Assembly: GCF_009914755.1 (NCBI RefSeq)
Contig: NC_060946.1
From: the human T2T-CHM13v2.0 reference genome, Homo sapiens
DNA length: 64,000 bases
Strand: one strand, 5' to 3'
Shown: positions 1-15,655 of the stretch, piece after piece
Layout of the letters: every line of letters begins with the position of its first letter
How positions within the stretch are numbered: position 1 is the stretch's first letter
Made by a program: the position numbers and the translations under genes
The notes under the pieces: model-generated
Told to the model about the DNA's origin: nothing
The model's database searches: none
Seen by the model: only the letters and a program-made list of their open reading frames with translations

Positions 1-544
1 AGAATCGAGCTGCTGGTTCATTCTGAATCAAGAAGGAAGAAATATTTCATTATGTGACAGGTGGAATAAAGGCCTGATCACAGTGAGTGAGCTCGAGACG
101 CTAGTCCTTTACCACATGGCATCAGTTGTGATTTTCTCTCCTTTATAACGGCTGGTTTTGGAGGGTGGGACTTATGTATATATACAATGTAAGGGCAACA
201 CACACACTCTGGGACACAATGTACAATAAGTAATAGCAGCACATTAATAATAACAGGGGATGAGAAAGGGGAGTTTCAGCAGTGCTATTATGCCTCTGAA
301 TAAGATGTTGATCATTGCTTGCTATTTTCTCTTCAAACATGTTATTTAGCCAGTAGTGAGCAGATTTAAAACCCACTGGGGTTCTTGAATTCAGCCTGGC
401 TGAGTGGTTAAATCCAATGAAAATATTCTAGTTAGATGAGTTTTTAGCCAAGGGAGTTGAGTATACAAAAGCATACATAACCGGTCAGTTTGTAAGACGT
501 CCATCTTTCAAAAATGATAATAGGAATGATGATGATGATGACAA

Positions 545-740
545 AAGTAATAAGAATGCATGTGCAGCATTTTCTCATTTTCAATGAAATTTTCCATCTA
601 TTATTTCATTGGATGCTTGAAATAAGTTTGTGAATTAAGCAAGTAAGGGATTCATACCTCTATTTTACACATAGGAAACTAAGACTTAGAAACATCATTG
701 TCTCAAATTGCACTGCTAGTAAGTGGGAGAGTTAAAATTT
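545..740 (-). mobile_element. MIR SINE fragment
   Basis: ctattttacacataggaaactaagacttagaaa core-like motif. Confidence 0.6.
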
Positions 741-1064
741 GCCCCTTCTGACCTTCAGGAAAATCACTGTCATAATGTGGAGGGCCTTCTAACACCAGTA
801 CCTAATGCTGGAACTTTATCATGGGAAACAGATGGAATTAAGAGACTGTGAAGCATCACGTACTGTTCTCAGCAAGAAAATTCACATTTTGATACCTTTG
901 TGCACCTTTTCCTAAAATCAGCTTGGTGAAATGGTACAACCAGGGATGAAAACTTGAAATGTTTCCAAGTTTCCTATCCAAAGTAACTTTGTTTAGAAAT
1001 AAATAAAGTTATTTTGTTGACCTGGCTTGTTTTCCATGCTTCAGTTAGAAGACAGAGAGAATCT

Positions 1065-1455
<391 letters not shown>

Positions 1456-1580
1456 TCACATGGCTGGGAATAAAATGACACAAATCCATTGGACTGGCCT
1501 CTGACTTTAGTACTTCCATTTTCTATCCCATCACCTTCACAGTCAGCACCTGCCTAGAGCGTGGGGTCACCCCAATTGTG

Positions 1581-1792
1581 TCAGTTTCTAATATGAAGGG
1601 CAATTTTGCCCCCAAAGGACCCTTGGCAATACTTGGAGACACTTTTGGTTGTCATGACTTGGGCACTGGGGTGCTACCGGATCCAGGGGGCAGAGGCAAG
1701 GAATGCCACTCAACATCCTCAGACAGGACAGCCCCCGCAACAAAAAACTATCTGGCCCAGAACATCATGAGTGCTAAGGTTGAGGCACCTTG
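1581..1792 (+). mobile_element. MER20-like hAT MITE
   Basis: caattttgccccc...ggcaatacttggagacacttttggttgtca...gtgctaaggttgag. Confidence 0.75.
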
Positions 1793-4160
1793 CTCAGAAG
1801 TACCAGCTGAAACTCAGAAAAAAATGGATGTGGATGAAAAGTCTTTGTCCTGGTACATGAGAGTACACATTTTGTCTAAGTTTTGACCTAATGGAAAACA
1901 TTGCATTATCTGGAAGTAGGAAAGACCTTGAAAGAGGAAAAAAAAAAAGATGAGTTTGAAGTCCTCAGAATCCTTAAAGAAAGAAAAGTGACAACTCTTT
2001 AACCCCTACATATAAGAGAATTGAATGAGACTTATACATGAAAGAATATAAAGTTTAGATAAGCAAGATTGTCCAGTGACTGATTCAGGGACATCTCTCT
2101 TGGCTGAAGGCAATGAACTAGCCATTGGCTGCCATTCTCTCAACAAGAGGGATTACGCCTTTCCACTGTACCTAGGCACCCTGGTCACCCAGCAGGTACG
2201 CCTCATCCAAAACCCAACTTCACACTGAACCAAGGGCTCCAAGCTCCAGGTGCTGGACAGCTGATGTTACTCAGCATTCCCCTGAATACTTCCACCAAAG
2301 TTCAGACTCTTGGCATCTGAGCCCAAATGTTAACTTCATTAGGTCAAGAGCATCCTCATGCTTGTCTTGTACAAAAAGAAGAGGAGAGTGAATTCCTTCT
2401 GCTAGATAGTAGCTCCAAGGTGTACCTGGCTGTGCTTTCAACCAGGAACACCTCTTTGCAGGATGCTTAAAGAATGGGCATTTGTGCCCCCTGCGGATAC
2501 TGTACTATGTTATTATTCAGGGGAAACAAACCACATTAAGTATGAGCACATGTCTACCTTGGACAGTTCCAGTCACATATATTATACCCTGTCTAGATGA
2601 CAAATAGGACTCTTGCTCTTCCTGCTAAAGCTCAATCCTTCCTCAGTTTTCTCCATCTTCCTACCACCATGCACCCACCAGCTTGTTCCAGAATTCTAGG
2701 AGCTAGACATGATCCATCTCCCCCACATCCCAGATCTACCTTTCTGTCACAGCCACCATGTCAAACCCTCCCTGTCAAGTCAGCTGTAAAAATGAATCTG
2801 CCTCTCAATGCAGTCACCTCCACAGGATGAAGGCAGTGCATGGAGGTAGTTTTTCACCAAAACACCTTCTTTTTGAGAACCATCACAGGGCAAAATATTA
2901 AGTCTGGAGAAAATAAATCAATTTTATCTCTTGATTTTCTACTCATCTACCAAGATTCCTGCCCTCAGGATCCATATTGTCACTAGGTCACTGGACTTGA
3001 AAACCTTAAGGTCAGGGTTTTGGACTTAGTAGCAATCAATGCCTCTCAAGGTATATAGCTGGCAACCTGTTGCAAGTTACCCGATAAATAAGAAAATTAG
3101 AACCTCGGAAAGAAATTTAACAACGCCTATCCCATTCAGCTCCATCTTCTGTCCCTGAGCCCACTGAATAGGTCAGGGACATTGATTTTAAAATGGAATC
3201 TGTACACTATAAAATGAAAGTTCAATTTTCCAAATATAAGGACAGTTGGGTCCCCCCCATCCAGTATGAAGTGTGCTTCCCTCGCCTTGTCCATCCCTTC
3301 AGTAATGCACTTCAGTACACACATATCTCCCCCATAAGAACACACTTTGTGATAGATAGTTACTATTTTTACCTTGGAAGCTCCCTTAGCACTTTCCAAG
3401 ACACATATATAGGCATTCCATTTATTTGCTTTCTTTTAATCAAAATGTGGACATACTGACTATACTGATACTGAAACCTCAGAGATAAAAATTGGCCCAA
3501 CTTTCCCCGCTGTGGGCATCCTGACCAGTCCTGGATGTTAGTTTGAGATCTGGTTTATTAGTTTCCTCAATTATCAAAAAGGTATGCCCTTCATAAGTGA
3601 AAAAGAGAAGGAAGTGTCAGGCAGAGAAAAGAAGTGCATTTCTTTCCTTTCTAATAGAAAAAGTTTAATAAGAGTATTAACTTTTATAGCTAAGCTGAGC
3701 AGATAAAAAGCAGGTAAAGGAGTTTTGCTTGGGAAAAAGTATTCTCTTCTTTGGGCAACGAAAGCCTGTCATTAACTCAAAGAGCAAGATAAAATGCTCT
3801 TACGCCTCCTCTTCACCTCCTCCTCAAAGCTTCTGTGTTCTCGACAATGATGTACCTAGCATGGGAACACCACACTTCCCCCCGACTCCTGGAAATCACA
3901 GTGGCCCCCAAGGCTCGGCTCAGGGTTCCCCTTTTTCTGTGAAGTCATCCCTGACTATCCAGCTGGTAGCTGATTGGTACTACACTCTTCCCTATTTCAT
4001 TAGTTTTCACTAAATTCTTGGAGAAGACATGAGCTTTTCCTCATCTGTATTCTGGAACAGTGTGCATTCAGCAAATCCTTATCCACTGACTGATTTGTAT
4101 CTAGGTACAGACCTGAGTTGTTTCCTCCTAATCAGATGAGAATTCAGCTACCTATTAAAT

Positions 4161-5737
<1,577 letters not shown>

Positions 5738-5986
5738 TTACGTGTTCCCAAAAGACACCTCCAAAATGACCTAAGTAAAAAGGGTAGGCGCTCGCATGCA
5801 CACAAAGCCTCTATAAGTTTGTGGGTGCTCTTCTACCTGGATTATCCCTTGCAAGTCCTTCTTACAGAGACAATGACACCCATGATAGTCACAAGTCATA
5901 TGCAGGTGAGCCAAACCCCATGGTATGCTGCACCCTTACACCTGTGAATACGCCATGCTGCCCCCAAACAGGGAGAACAACAAGAT

Positions 5987-6287
5987 TTCTTTTTTTTTTT
6001 TTTTCAGACGGAGTCTTGCTCTGTCGCCCAGGCTGGAGTGCAGTGGCACGATCTCTCGGCTCACGGCAAGCTCCGCCTCCTGGGTTCACGCCATTCTCCT
6101 GCCTCAGCCTCCCAAGTAGCTGGGACTACAGGCGCCCACCACCACGCCTGGCTAATTTTTTGTATTTTTAGTAGAGATGGGGTTTCACCATGTTAGCCAG
6201 GATGGTCTCGATCTCCTGACCTCATGATCCGTCCGCCTCAGCCTCCCGAAGTGCTGGGATTACAGGCGTGAGCCACCGCGCCCAGCT
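5987..6287 (-). mobile_element. AluY-like
   Basis: caagctccgcctcctgggttcacgccattc diagnostic; TSD gagaacaacaag. Confidence 0.93.
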
Positions 6288-6439
6288 GAGAACAACAAGG
6301 TTACTATTCCCATTATCTATGTGAAGTCATTAATTACCTTCTCTTTCCTTCCCTCCCTCTGCTCCTTTCACAGTCGAGAGAAAAATATAGTTTTAAAAAT
6401 TGTGCTACTACAGAAAGTCTGCAAAATGCAATGAAAACG

Positions 6440-7500
6440 AGAAAACTAGAATACATGTACCCAGAGGTAACATATTAAACACTGTCATATGATCTGCCTT
6501 TGTAAATAATTATATAACTACACAGACATCTTTAAACTTTGAAGAGAACTAGTTTTGTGTCTTATTTTAAACTTAATATTACATCATGAGCATTTCCCTT
6601 TCCACTTATTGAAGCAACATTCAACGTTGCTATTAAATCAATAAAATGTTATTTAAAAATGATTTGGAAAAGCTTCAACTATCTTATTTCAACGATGTAC
6701 CATACTTTACCTAACCTTTCATGAATGTTGGGATTTAGGTTGTGTCTAAGATTTACTATTGCAAACAAACAATACCATGATGAAAATCCTTTGATTCCAC
6801 CTTTATTTCCTTGGAGCAAAGAATTTCTGCCTCACAGAACCTGTATATAATTTTTAAGAATCTTGATATTGCCAAAATATCCAAAAAGGGTATTCTGATG
6901 TTGACTTACAATAGACAATTTAAGAAGGGTTGGCCCTCATAGATACTTCCCATTAATAAGTAACAAAAATTTTTAAAGACTCCTATATAAAATCTTATTT
7001 TCTTCTTTCTTTGAATATATTTGTATATTTTTACCATTTGCATTTTTTTGCGAGTTCCCTTATTCTTATTCTTTACCCATTTTTCTGCGAGTCTGTATTT
7101 CCTATTTATCTGCAACAGCTCCTTATGTATTACATGCTATATCTGTTTCAAGTACAATTTTTCCAATTTATTACTTGTCCTTTAATTTTGTTTCAGTTTA
7201 TTCAGAATTTTCCCCTTGATTTTTTCCATTGCAATTAATCAAATCTACTGGAGTTTTCCTTTAAGATTTTTTTTTTTCATTTTCCTTAGGCACACAGAAA
7301 CCTTCCTCATTCTTAGACCAACATTTTCATATTTTTCTTCTAGTTTTGTTTAATGTTTCTGTTTTTAAATTCAAGCTTTCAATCAATACAAAATTTATTT
7401 TTTTAATCTGGTGATATCTTATTTGATCACTTCCCAAATCCTCAATCACATTAATGCCTTTTGTTGGAAAATCCATTCATTCTCTACAGGTTGGAAATTC
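6440..7500 (-). mobile_element. Old L1M 3' fragment
   Basis: T-rich degenerate L1 3' sequence. Confidence 0.55.
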
Positions 7501-8026
7501 TTTCTTGAGCAAGAGACCATGGATACCCAGAACTTAAGTTATCGGCCTTCTCTTTTTATGTTCACGGCAGATAAAATAACGTTACTGGGAATCCTCCGTG
7601 CTGAATGAAACAGCCTCAAAATTCTTACCAAGACTTCTTCATTCAAACACCTGGTTAGAGCCAACTATGAGCAAGCACATGCTAAGAATTGGGAAGCAGA
7701 AAGAAGAGCCGAGGGGTCCATCCACGTAGGCTCCACACTGCAGTGGCAAGTGAGACATACATCCACCAATACCCATGCATCAAAGGTATTTAACAAATAA
7801 GTACACAAGGATCAATGTCATAAAAAATGAAGTAACAGGTGGAAAGATAACCTATAGAAGGGGAACCCAAATCTGAACAGAATGCCAGGCCCAGAACACT
7901 TTCCTTGAGATGCTAACTGAGCTCTAGAAGAAAGATGGGGAAGGGAGATTCCTATTTCAGGTAACATAGTGAACTAGACAACCTCAAAACCCTCACAGTG
8001 AAAACATTTTGAAAAGTTAACAAGGA

Positions 8027-8077
8027 ACATATATGTGTGCGTGTGTGTGTGTGTGTGTGTGCGCACGCACGCATATA
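8027..8077. repeat. (GT)n/(GC) compound microsatellite, 51-nt alternating purine-pyrimidine tract
   Basis: Direct reading. Confidence 0.95.
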
Positions 8078-8659
8078 AAACTTAAGTTGGCATCACAGCA
8101 AAAATACAAAAATGAAAAGCAAGTCCAAGTTGGAAAATTAGAATATAAGTAATCCCTGAAACTCAGTATTGCTTTGAGGGGAATGGCTCTTGACCTTCTG
8201 CTTTCACTGCTGTGAGGGTGCAGGAGGGAGAAGATGAGGCCCATGGCCTGGCTTAAGAGGGAGTCAGAGAGAGAACCTTTGCATGAAGTTAGGACCTGAA
8301 TCCTACACTCTTAGTATAAAGGTGATTTAGAAACAAACCCCCACACACAGAAGGGAGGAACAGAAAACACACTGATTTTTATCTGGATGACTACTAAAGT
8401 GGGGGTGGGAGGCCTTCCCTGAGAATTAGCACCCTCAAGATGGATCACACAGTGGTGTGTTGTCTGGACTCAAGCTATCTGGTGTCTGACAGACCTCAAA
8501 TGCAGAATTTAATTCAAAGTGATTAGGACTGACAGGGCCTCAGGCAACTGGCCGCAATAAATGCAAATCTGCTTCCAGGCAAACACAACATTACACCTCC
8601 AGGCTTTCATAAATCTGCATGGAATTTCCCATAGAGTTCAACTGTAGTAAGTGAGGAGG

Positions 8660-8880
8660 AAAGGCTAGGGCCCACGGCTAGGCTGCAGGGCTCAATTCTT
8701 GTTTCCACCACTCCACAGCTAAGAAGTCTTGGTCTAGCTGCCTCTACTCTCAGGTTCCTCCTCTGTAAAAGATTATCACAGCACTAATTTCAAGGATCTG
8801 TCATGAGATTTCAATGAGATAACACTAAATGTTTAGTACTATGTCTGATACATGGTAAGTGACAAGTAAATGTTGGCTAT
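8660..8880 (+). mobile_element. MIR SINE
   Basis: ctcaggttcctcctctgtaaaa...atggtaagtgacaagtaaatgttggctatt. Confidence 0.65.
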
Positions 8881-10445
8881 TGATTTTGATTACCATTTTT
8901 CAAATTTATATTGTTGTATACCTTTACTCATTGTTCTGTTTATTAATATTTCCTCCATTGTTTTATTAAATTTACCAGAGGTTTGCCATCTTCTTATATA
9001 TGGAAATTAATTAAAAATTAATATTTTCATTAATTTAAATTAATGAAAATTAATATTTGTTTACTTTTCTGTTTATTATTTTTCTTACTTCACAGAATTC
9101 TGCTGTGAACTCCACTTCCCTTCTGCTTTCCTTAGGGACACACCATTGTTCATATTTCAATTACCGCATGAAATGCAAGATTCATTTATCATTACCTTTG
9201 TTTTTGAATAATGAAAGAAGTGGAGGCTATTAAAATATCTCCAGTGACAGCTTTGGCCACATTCCATAAACTTTACTATGAAATGTTCCTCTTCTGTTGA
9301 TACCAAAACAGACTATAATTTTAGTTTTTATATCCTTTTGGATTAAATAGCATTTAGGAAGAATCTTTACCCTCCTCTAGTTTCCAAGAAGTTTGAATTT
9401 CCCATTTAATAGTTTGTTTCTGATATGTAGTTCCGCTGCACTGTGGTGGTCAAGAGTAGGGCCTGTGTAATTTTTATGGTATCTATCATTTGTGTAATTT
9501 TTTTGATGAACACTTCACTCATTTTTATTCCATATGATAGGCAGTTCAATAACTACTGATATTATGTTTTAAAAATCATTTCTGTCATTAACAAGATGAT
9601 TCATCTTTCTTTTCTGTGGCCAAAGCTCTCCCAACATATATTTCTATCAATTTTTGTTTTGTGCTTAGTATATCTGGAAGTTTTCTACTTGGAAAATAAC
9701 TCGGCTATTCTATCCTCTTATGGGTATTAAACTTACCAATTTAAAATTATTAGTTGTACCTAATTAAATATATTTTATTGTATTTGATTTAGTCTAAAAT
9801 TAACACACTCACACCATATTGCTATTTAACCAAGAATTAAAGTTGTTATCCAGTAATGGAAGAGTTTAAAGCATTTACGTTTATTAAAGTAATTGATGTT
9901 TGATTTTACTTCTGTGATAGTATGTTTATGCATTCTTCGAGAAAAAAATCTTACATCATCACAATTCACCTCTTTTAAACGTACAGTTCAATTTAATAAA
10001 TGTATACAGTTTGCAACAACCACAGCAGTCAGTTTATAAAACAATTTGATCGCCCTCGAAAATGCCCTGGTGTCCCTTGCTGGGCAGTCCCACCACACCA
10101 CCCTCTGGCTCCTATTAACTCTGTCTTGCTTTCAAGAATGTCACATCAATGGAACCATTTACCATGCAGTCTTTCGGTCTGGCTTTCTTTCACTTAACAT
10201 CAAACCCTCTCACTGGCATTGCTGTATGTGCCGTCAGTTCATTCCTTCCCACTGCTGAGACATACCACAGCTGTTTACCAGTTCTTCAGCTGACAGTCAG
10301 TGAAGTCCTATGAATAAAGCTGCCACGAATATCCACATACAAGTTTTCCAGTGGACATAGGTTTTATTTCTCTTGGTTGAACACCTAGGAGTGGAACCAC
10401 TAGGTCATATTGTGAGTTATGTTTAATATTTTAAAAAGCTGCCAA

Positions 10446-10778
<333 letters not shown>

Positions 10779-11249
10779 TCACTTCCATCAGTGATGTCAG
10801 AGAGTTGCAGCTGTTCCACATCCTCACTGACACTTTGTATTGTGAGTCCTTTTAATCTTAGCCATTGTAGTGGGTGTGAAGTGGTATCTCAGGATGGTCT
10901 TTAATTTGCATTTCCCTGATGACTAATGATGTCATTATTGATTTGCATTTTTCAGGGATTCATTGGCCACTCCATCTCTCCTTGGCTGACATGTCTCTTA
11001 AAATATGTTGCTCATTTCTAAATTGGGTTGTTTTCTTATTATTGGTGTAAGACCTCTCCATATATCCCAGATACAAATCTTTCATCAGATAGATGCTTGG
11101 CAAATTCTTTCTTTCAGTCTGTAGCTTATCCTTATAGTTTCTTATTAATGTCTTTGCAAGAACAAAAATCCTCAACTTCGATGAAGTCCAATTTATCAAT
11201 TTTTTTCTTATTTAGTGTGTGCTTTTTATGTCTTATTTAAGAAATCTCT

Positions 11250-11545
11250 CTGCCAGGCATGGTGGCTCACACCTGTAATCCCAACACTTTGGGAGGCCGA
11301 GGTAGCAGGACTGCTTGGGCCAGGAGTTCAAGATCAACACGGGCAATATAGCAAGACCCGTCTCTCCAAAAAAAAAAAAAAAAATTTTTTTTTTTTTTTA
11401 AATTAGCCAGGCGTGATAGCATGTGCCTGTAGTCCCAGCTACTCTAGAGGATGAGGCAGGAGGATTGCTTGAGCCCAGGTATTTGAGGCTGCAGTGAGCT
11501 ATGATTCTGCCACTGCACTTCAGCCTGGGTGACAAAGGGAGACCC
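11250..11545 (+). mobile_element. AluJ-like
   Basis: ggattgcttgagcccagg, gctatgat J-type motifs. Confidence 0.9.
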
Positions 11546-11660
11546 AGAGAAAGAAAGAAAAGAAAGGAAAAAAAGAAAGAGGAGAGGAGAAGGGAGGGGA
11601 GGAGAGAGGAGGGGAGGGGAGGGGAGGGAAGGGGGACAGAGGGAGGGAGGGAGGGAGGAA
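11546..11660 (+). repeat. Homopurine GA-rich low-complexity tract derived from the Alu tail
   Basis: Almost pure A/G run with GGGA/GGAGA/GAAA units. Confidence 0.9.
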
Positions 11661-12266
11661 ATCTTTGCCCAACTTGAAGTCCCTATAATTTTCTTTGTTT
11701 TCCTCTATAAGTTCTACAGATTTAGCTCCCATATTTAGGTGTTAAGATTCATTTCAAGTTAATTTTTGTATGTGGAATGAAGTGAGGAGCAAGATTAATT
11801 TTTTCCCATGTGGCTATCTAATAGTTCATTTTATTATTATTATTATTTTTTTCTGTCTCATCTTCTTTGCTTCTTACTTAGGCTTTATTTCATTTGAAAT
11901 AATCATCACTAATAAATTAGATCTAATTCTACTTATTTCATTGGGGTCATGTCTGAGCTTTGCAGAAACACCTTACCCTTTTTTCCAGGATAATCAAAGT
12001 AAAGAGTTAAAAGATACCACCTAAGTTACCCCACAAAATCCACTATATTTAACAGCTTTTAAACCCAACTCATACTCTCCAGTGTGTTTTAAAATGGCTG
12101 TGATCAGCTTATTATTTGCGTATGTTCTGAAGACAAATACTTTTCGGCATTTGCAATCAGCCTTGCAACTGACTTAAAACAATTATTTACATATCACTCT
12201 ATGTGTAACTCTGTACACACTGCCCCTTTATAACAATACCTTTTCATTCCTGAATATTCATTTTGA

Positions 12267-12929
<663 letters not shown>

Positions 12930-13109
12930 TGAGAGAACTTGGTTGGTATTCTTGGGTCTCTGTCTATTTTGCTCAAAACTCTGCAGACATTTTATTTGGA
13001 CACCTACTCTCACAGCACAGAAGCTGAGGCGGGATTTTTATTCTTCCAAGATAATAAGCTTGTCTCCACCCTCTGCCCTGGTATTACCACGTAGTGTTAA
13101 AAGCCAAGT

Positions 13110-13420
13110 TCCATACCTTGTCCACAGCCATCAACAACCATATGTGTTACTGAGCACTTAAAATACGCAAGTCCAAAGTGAGACGTTCAAAATATATACC
13201 AGATTTCAAAGACTTAATATTTACAATCTGTAAAATATCTCAGTAATTCTCAAAATACTGATCTCAGGTTGAAACGATACTATTTTGGATAAATAAAATT
13301 AAATGAGATGTATTATTAAAATGTATTGCACTGGTTCTATTTTGCTTTTCAGAATGTGACTACTGGAAAATTTAAAATCACACAGATGAGTTGCCGTTTT
13401 ATTTCCATCGGGTAGCGCTG
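13110..13420. mobile_element. MER33/MER3-like hAT MITE
   Basis: atatgtgttactgagcacttaaaa...gtgactactggaaaatttaaaatcaca...agcgctg. Confidence 0.7.
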
Positions 13421-14118
13421 CTCAAGAGTCAGACTACCCAAAATTCATGTTTTGGTTCCACAATGCATTCGCTGAGTAATCTGAACAAGTCTCTTTCCTA
13501 AGCTTCAGTTTCCTCGCCAGGAAATGGTAGGGATAAAAGAAGATTATGCAAGTTAAGCATATTAGGTTGGCAAATAATCAACTCTTAATAATGGGAATTA
13601 CTATTCCTAAAAGAAGGATTGTGTTTTAATCCTTGCAATTCAAATAATTTTCTAGGGTGTACACTAATGTGGGCAACTTATCACTGATTTTACCTTAGTT
13701 GTCGAGGCTCCTTTTGATCTGCAGGTATACAATTCCTTTCGGTGCTTGACAATTTTCCTTGAGTTTCATCATCCTAGGGATGAAGCAGCCAACACCCTGG
13801 GCCTTGCAGTATCTAGAGCCCATAGTTTTCATTAACTTTTTCCAACAACACCTCAGCCACTCAATCCCAGGCTAACATGCCAAAAAAAGAACCCCAAAAA
13901 GGGCCTCATCGAAAATACCAAATCTCTAACATCTCACTCCTCAACTCTAGCCTTTTATCCTTTCATAACATTTGGACAAAGACTCTGTGCTCAGTGCAAA
14001 TTTCCTAACCTCATCATAATTTCCAGTTTACCCTGCCCATTGCTTTCTCATTATTTGTCAAACACCTCTGGTCTTTCTTGTTTTGATCCCAACTCCGTCA
14101 TTATAACCACACTCTTGA

Positions 14119-14457
<339 letters not shown>

Positions 14458-14674
14458 TAGGTAAGACTTGTGGTGCATGAGATAGCACTGCAGGGAAGGC
14501 TCACAAGAACGAGATTCTGGCATCCGCTCCATCCAAATGCTGCTCTCTTTAGCAGCATTTGGTTAATTCTTTTGGCAAATTCCTTAGAAATAAAACATAA
14601 TAAAACACATGTCCTCTCTGTGGCATGGAGTTCTTGGGAGGACAGAATGAAAGTAGGTATATGAAAGCACTTCT

Positions 14675-14760
14675 CTCTCTTTTTTTTAATTTTTATTTTT
14701 TGTGGGTACATAGTAGGTGTATATATTTATGGGGTACAAGAGATGTTTTGATACAGATAA
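14675..14760 (-). mobile_element. L1MA-like 3' terminal fragment
   Basis: gggtacatagtaggtgtatatatttatggggtaca...ttttgatacag. Confidence 0.75.
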
Positions 14761-15419
14761 AGCATTTCCTTATCAGTTAAATGAAGTATGAATGAGAAGA
14801 CCACAATAAATAAGAATGAGAAGGAAACAATGCTCAGGATGAGAAAAAAGGTGAGTTGGGACACTTCACTGCTTTTAAATGAGTTTAAGACTCTGAGCTC
14901 AGACCAACTGTAGCTCAAGGTGGGGCATGTCACATATGCAGATCTAGACCAAGTGCTGTGATTTGCTGAACCACAGAGAATGTCTCTGTCTATGGGATGG
15001 AGACACAATGGGGAGCACATTTAAGCAAGTCAGCAACCTGGAAGGCATTTATTCCACAAGCAGGTCAGAAGACATGTTTTAAGGGTCAACTGTCACCTAG
15101 GCTCCATGCACTGTCATTTCAGGTACAGTTGAAGAAATGTAGTAGTGATTACTGAGAAGAAGAGAGGACTCAGTAAATGTGTCAGGTCTTCAAACAACTG
15201 GTTGATGCACACTGTGTAGCTCAAAACATAGAAGCCAGGTATTTGCTGGAGGCCAGGATTGGCCAGATTTTGTCCAAATCTGGCCATGCCCATGCCAAAG
15301 GCTGGGCATGAACATAAATGTTACAGACCTTGCCCTCTAGGTTCCCTCTGTCTAGTAGAGAAGGCAGATGAGGGAACAGACAAATGGTACACAGGCTTGC
15401 ACCTGATCTTCATTAATGC

Positions 15420-15655
15420 TCAGGTGGACCAATGAGGAGAATGAAAAAGATGAAGATTTCAGTAAGGCATAAGGCGAATATTTCTAATAGAGCTTCTAAA
15501 TATGGAACAGGGTCCTTTGGGAGGTAATGATCTCTTATCTCTGGAAGTATTCAAAAGCAGAAGATTAATGACCATTTGTATAGAATATTATAGAAGAAAG
15601 TGGAAGGTTATGCTAGATGACTGCCAAGTTCCTTTCTAATTAAGATTCTATGCTT
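15420..15655 (+). mobile_element. L3/CR1 (MIR3-like) 3' end
   Basis: gaggtaatg...ctggaagtattcaa...ctagatgact...gattctatg. Confidence 0.55.
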
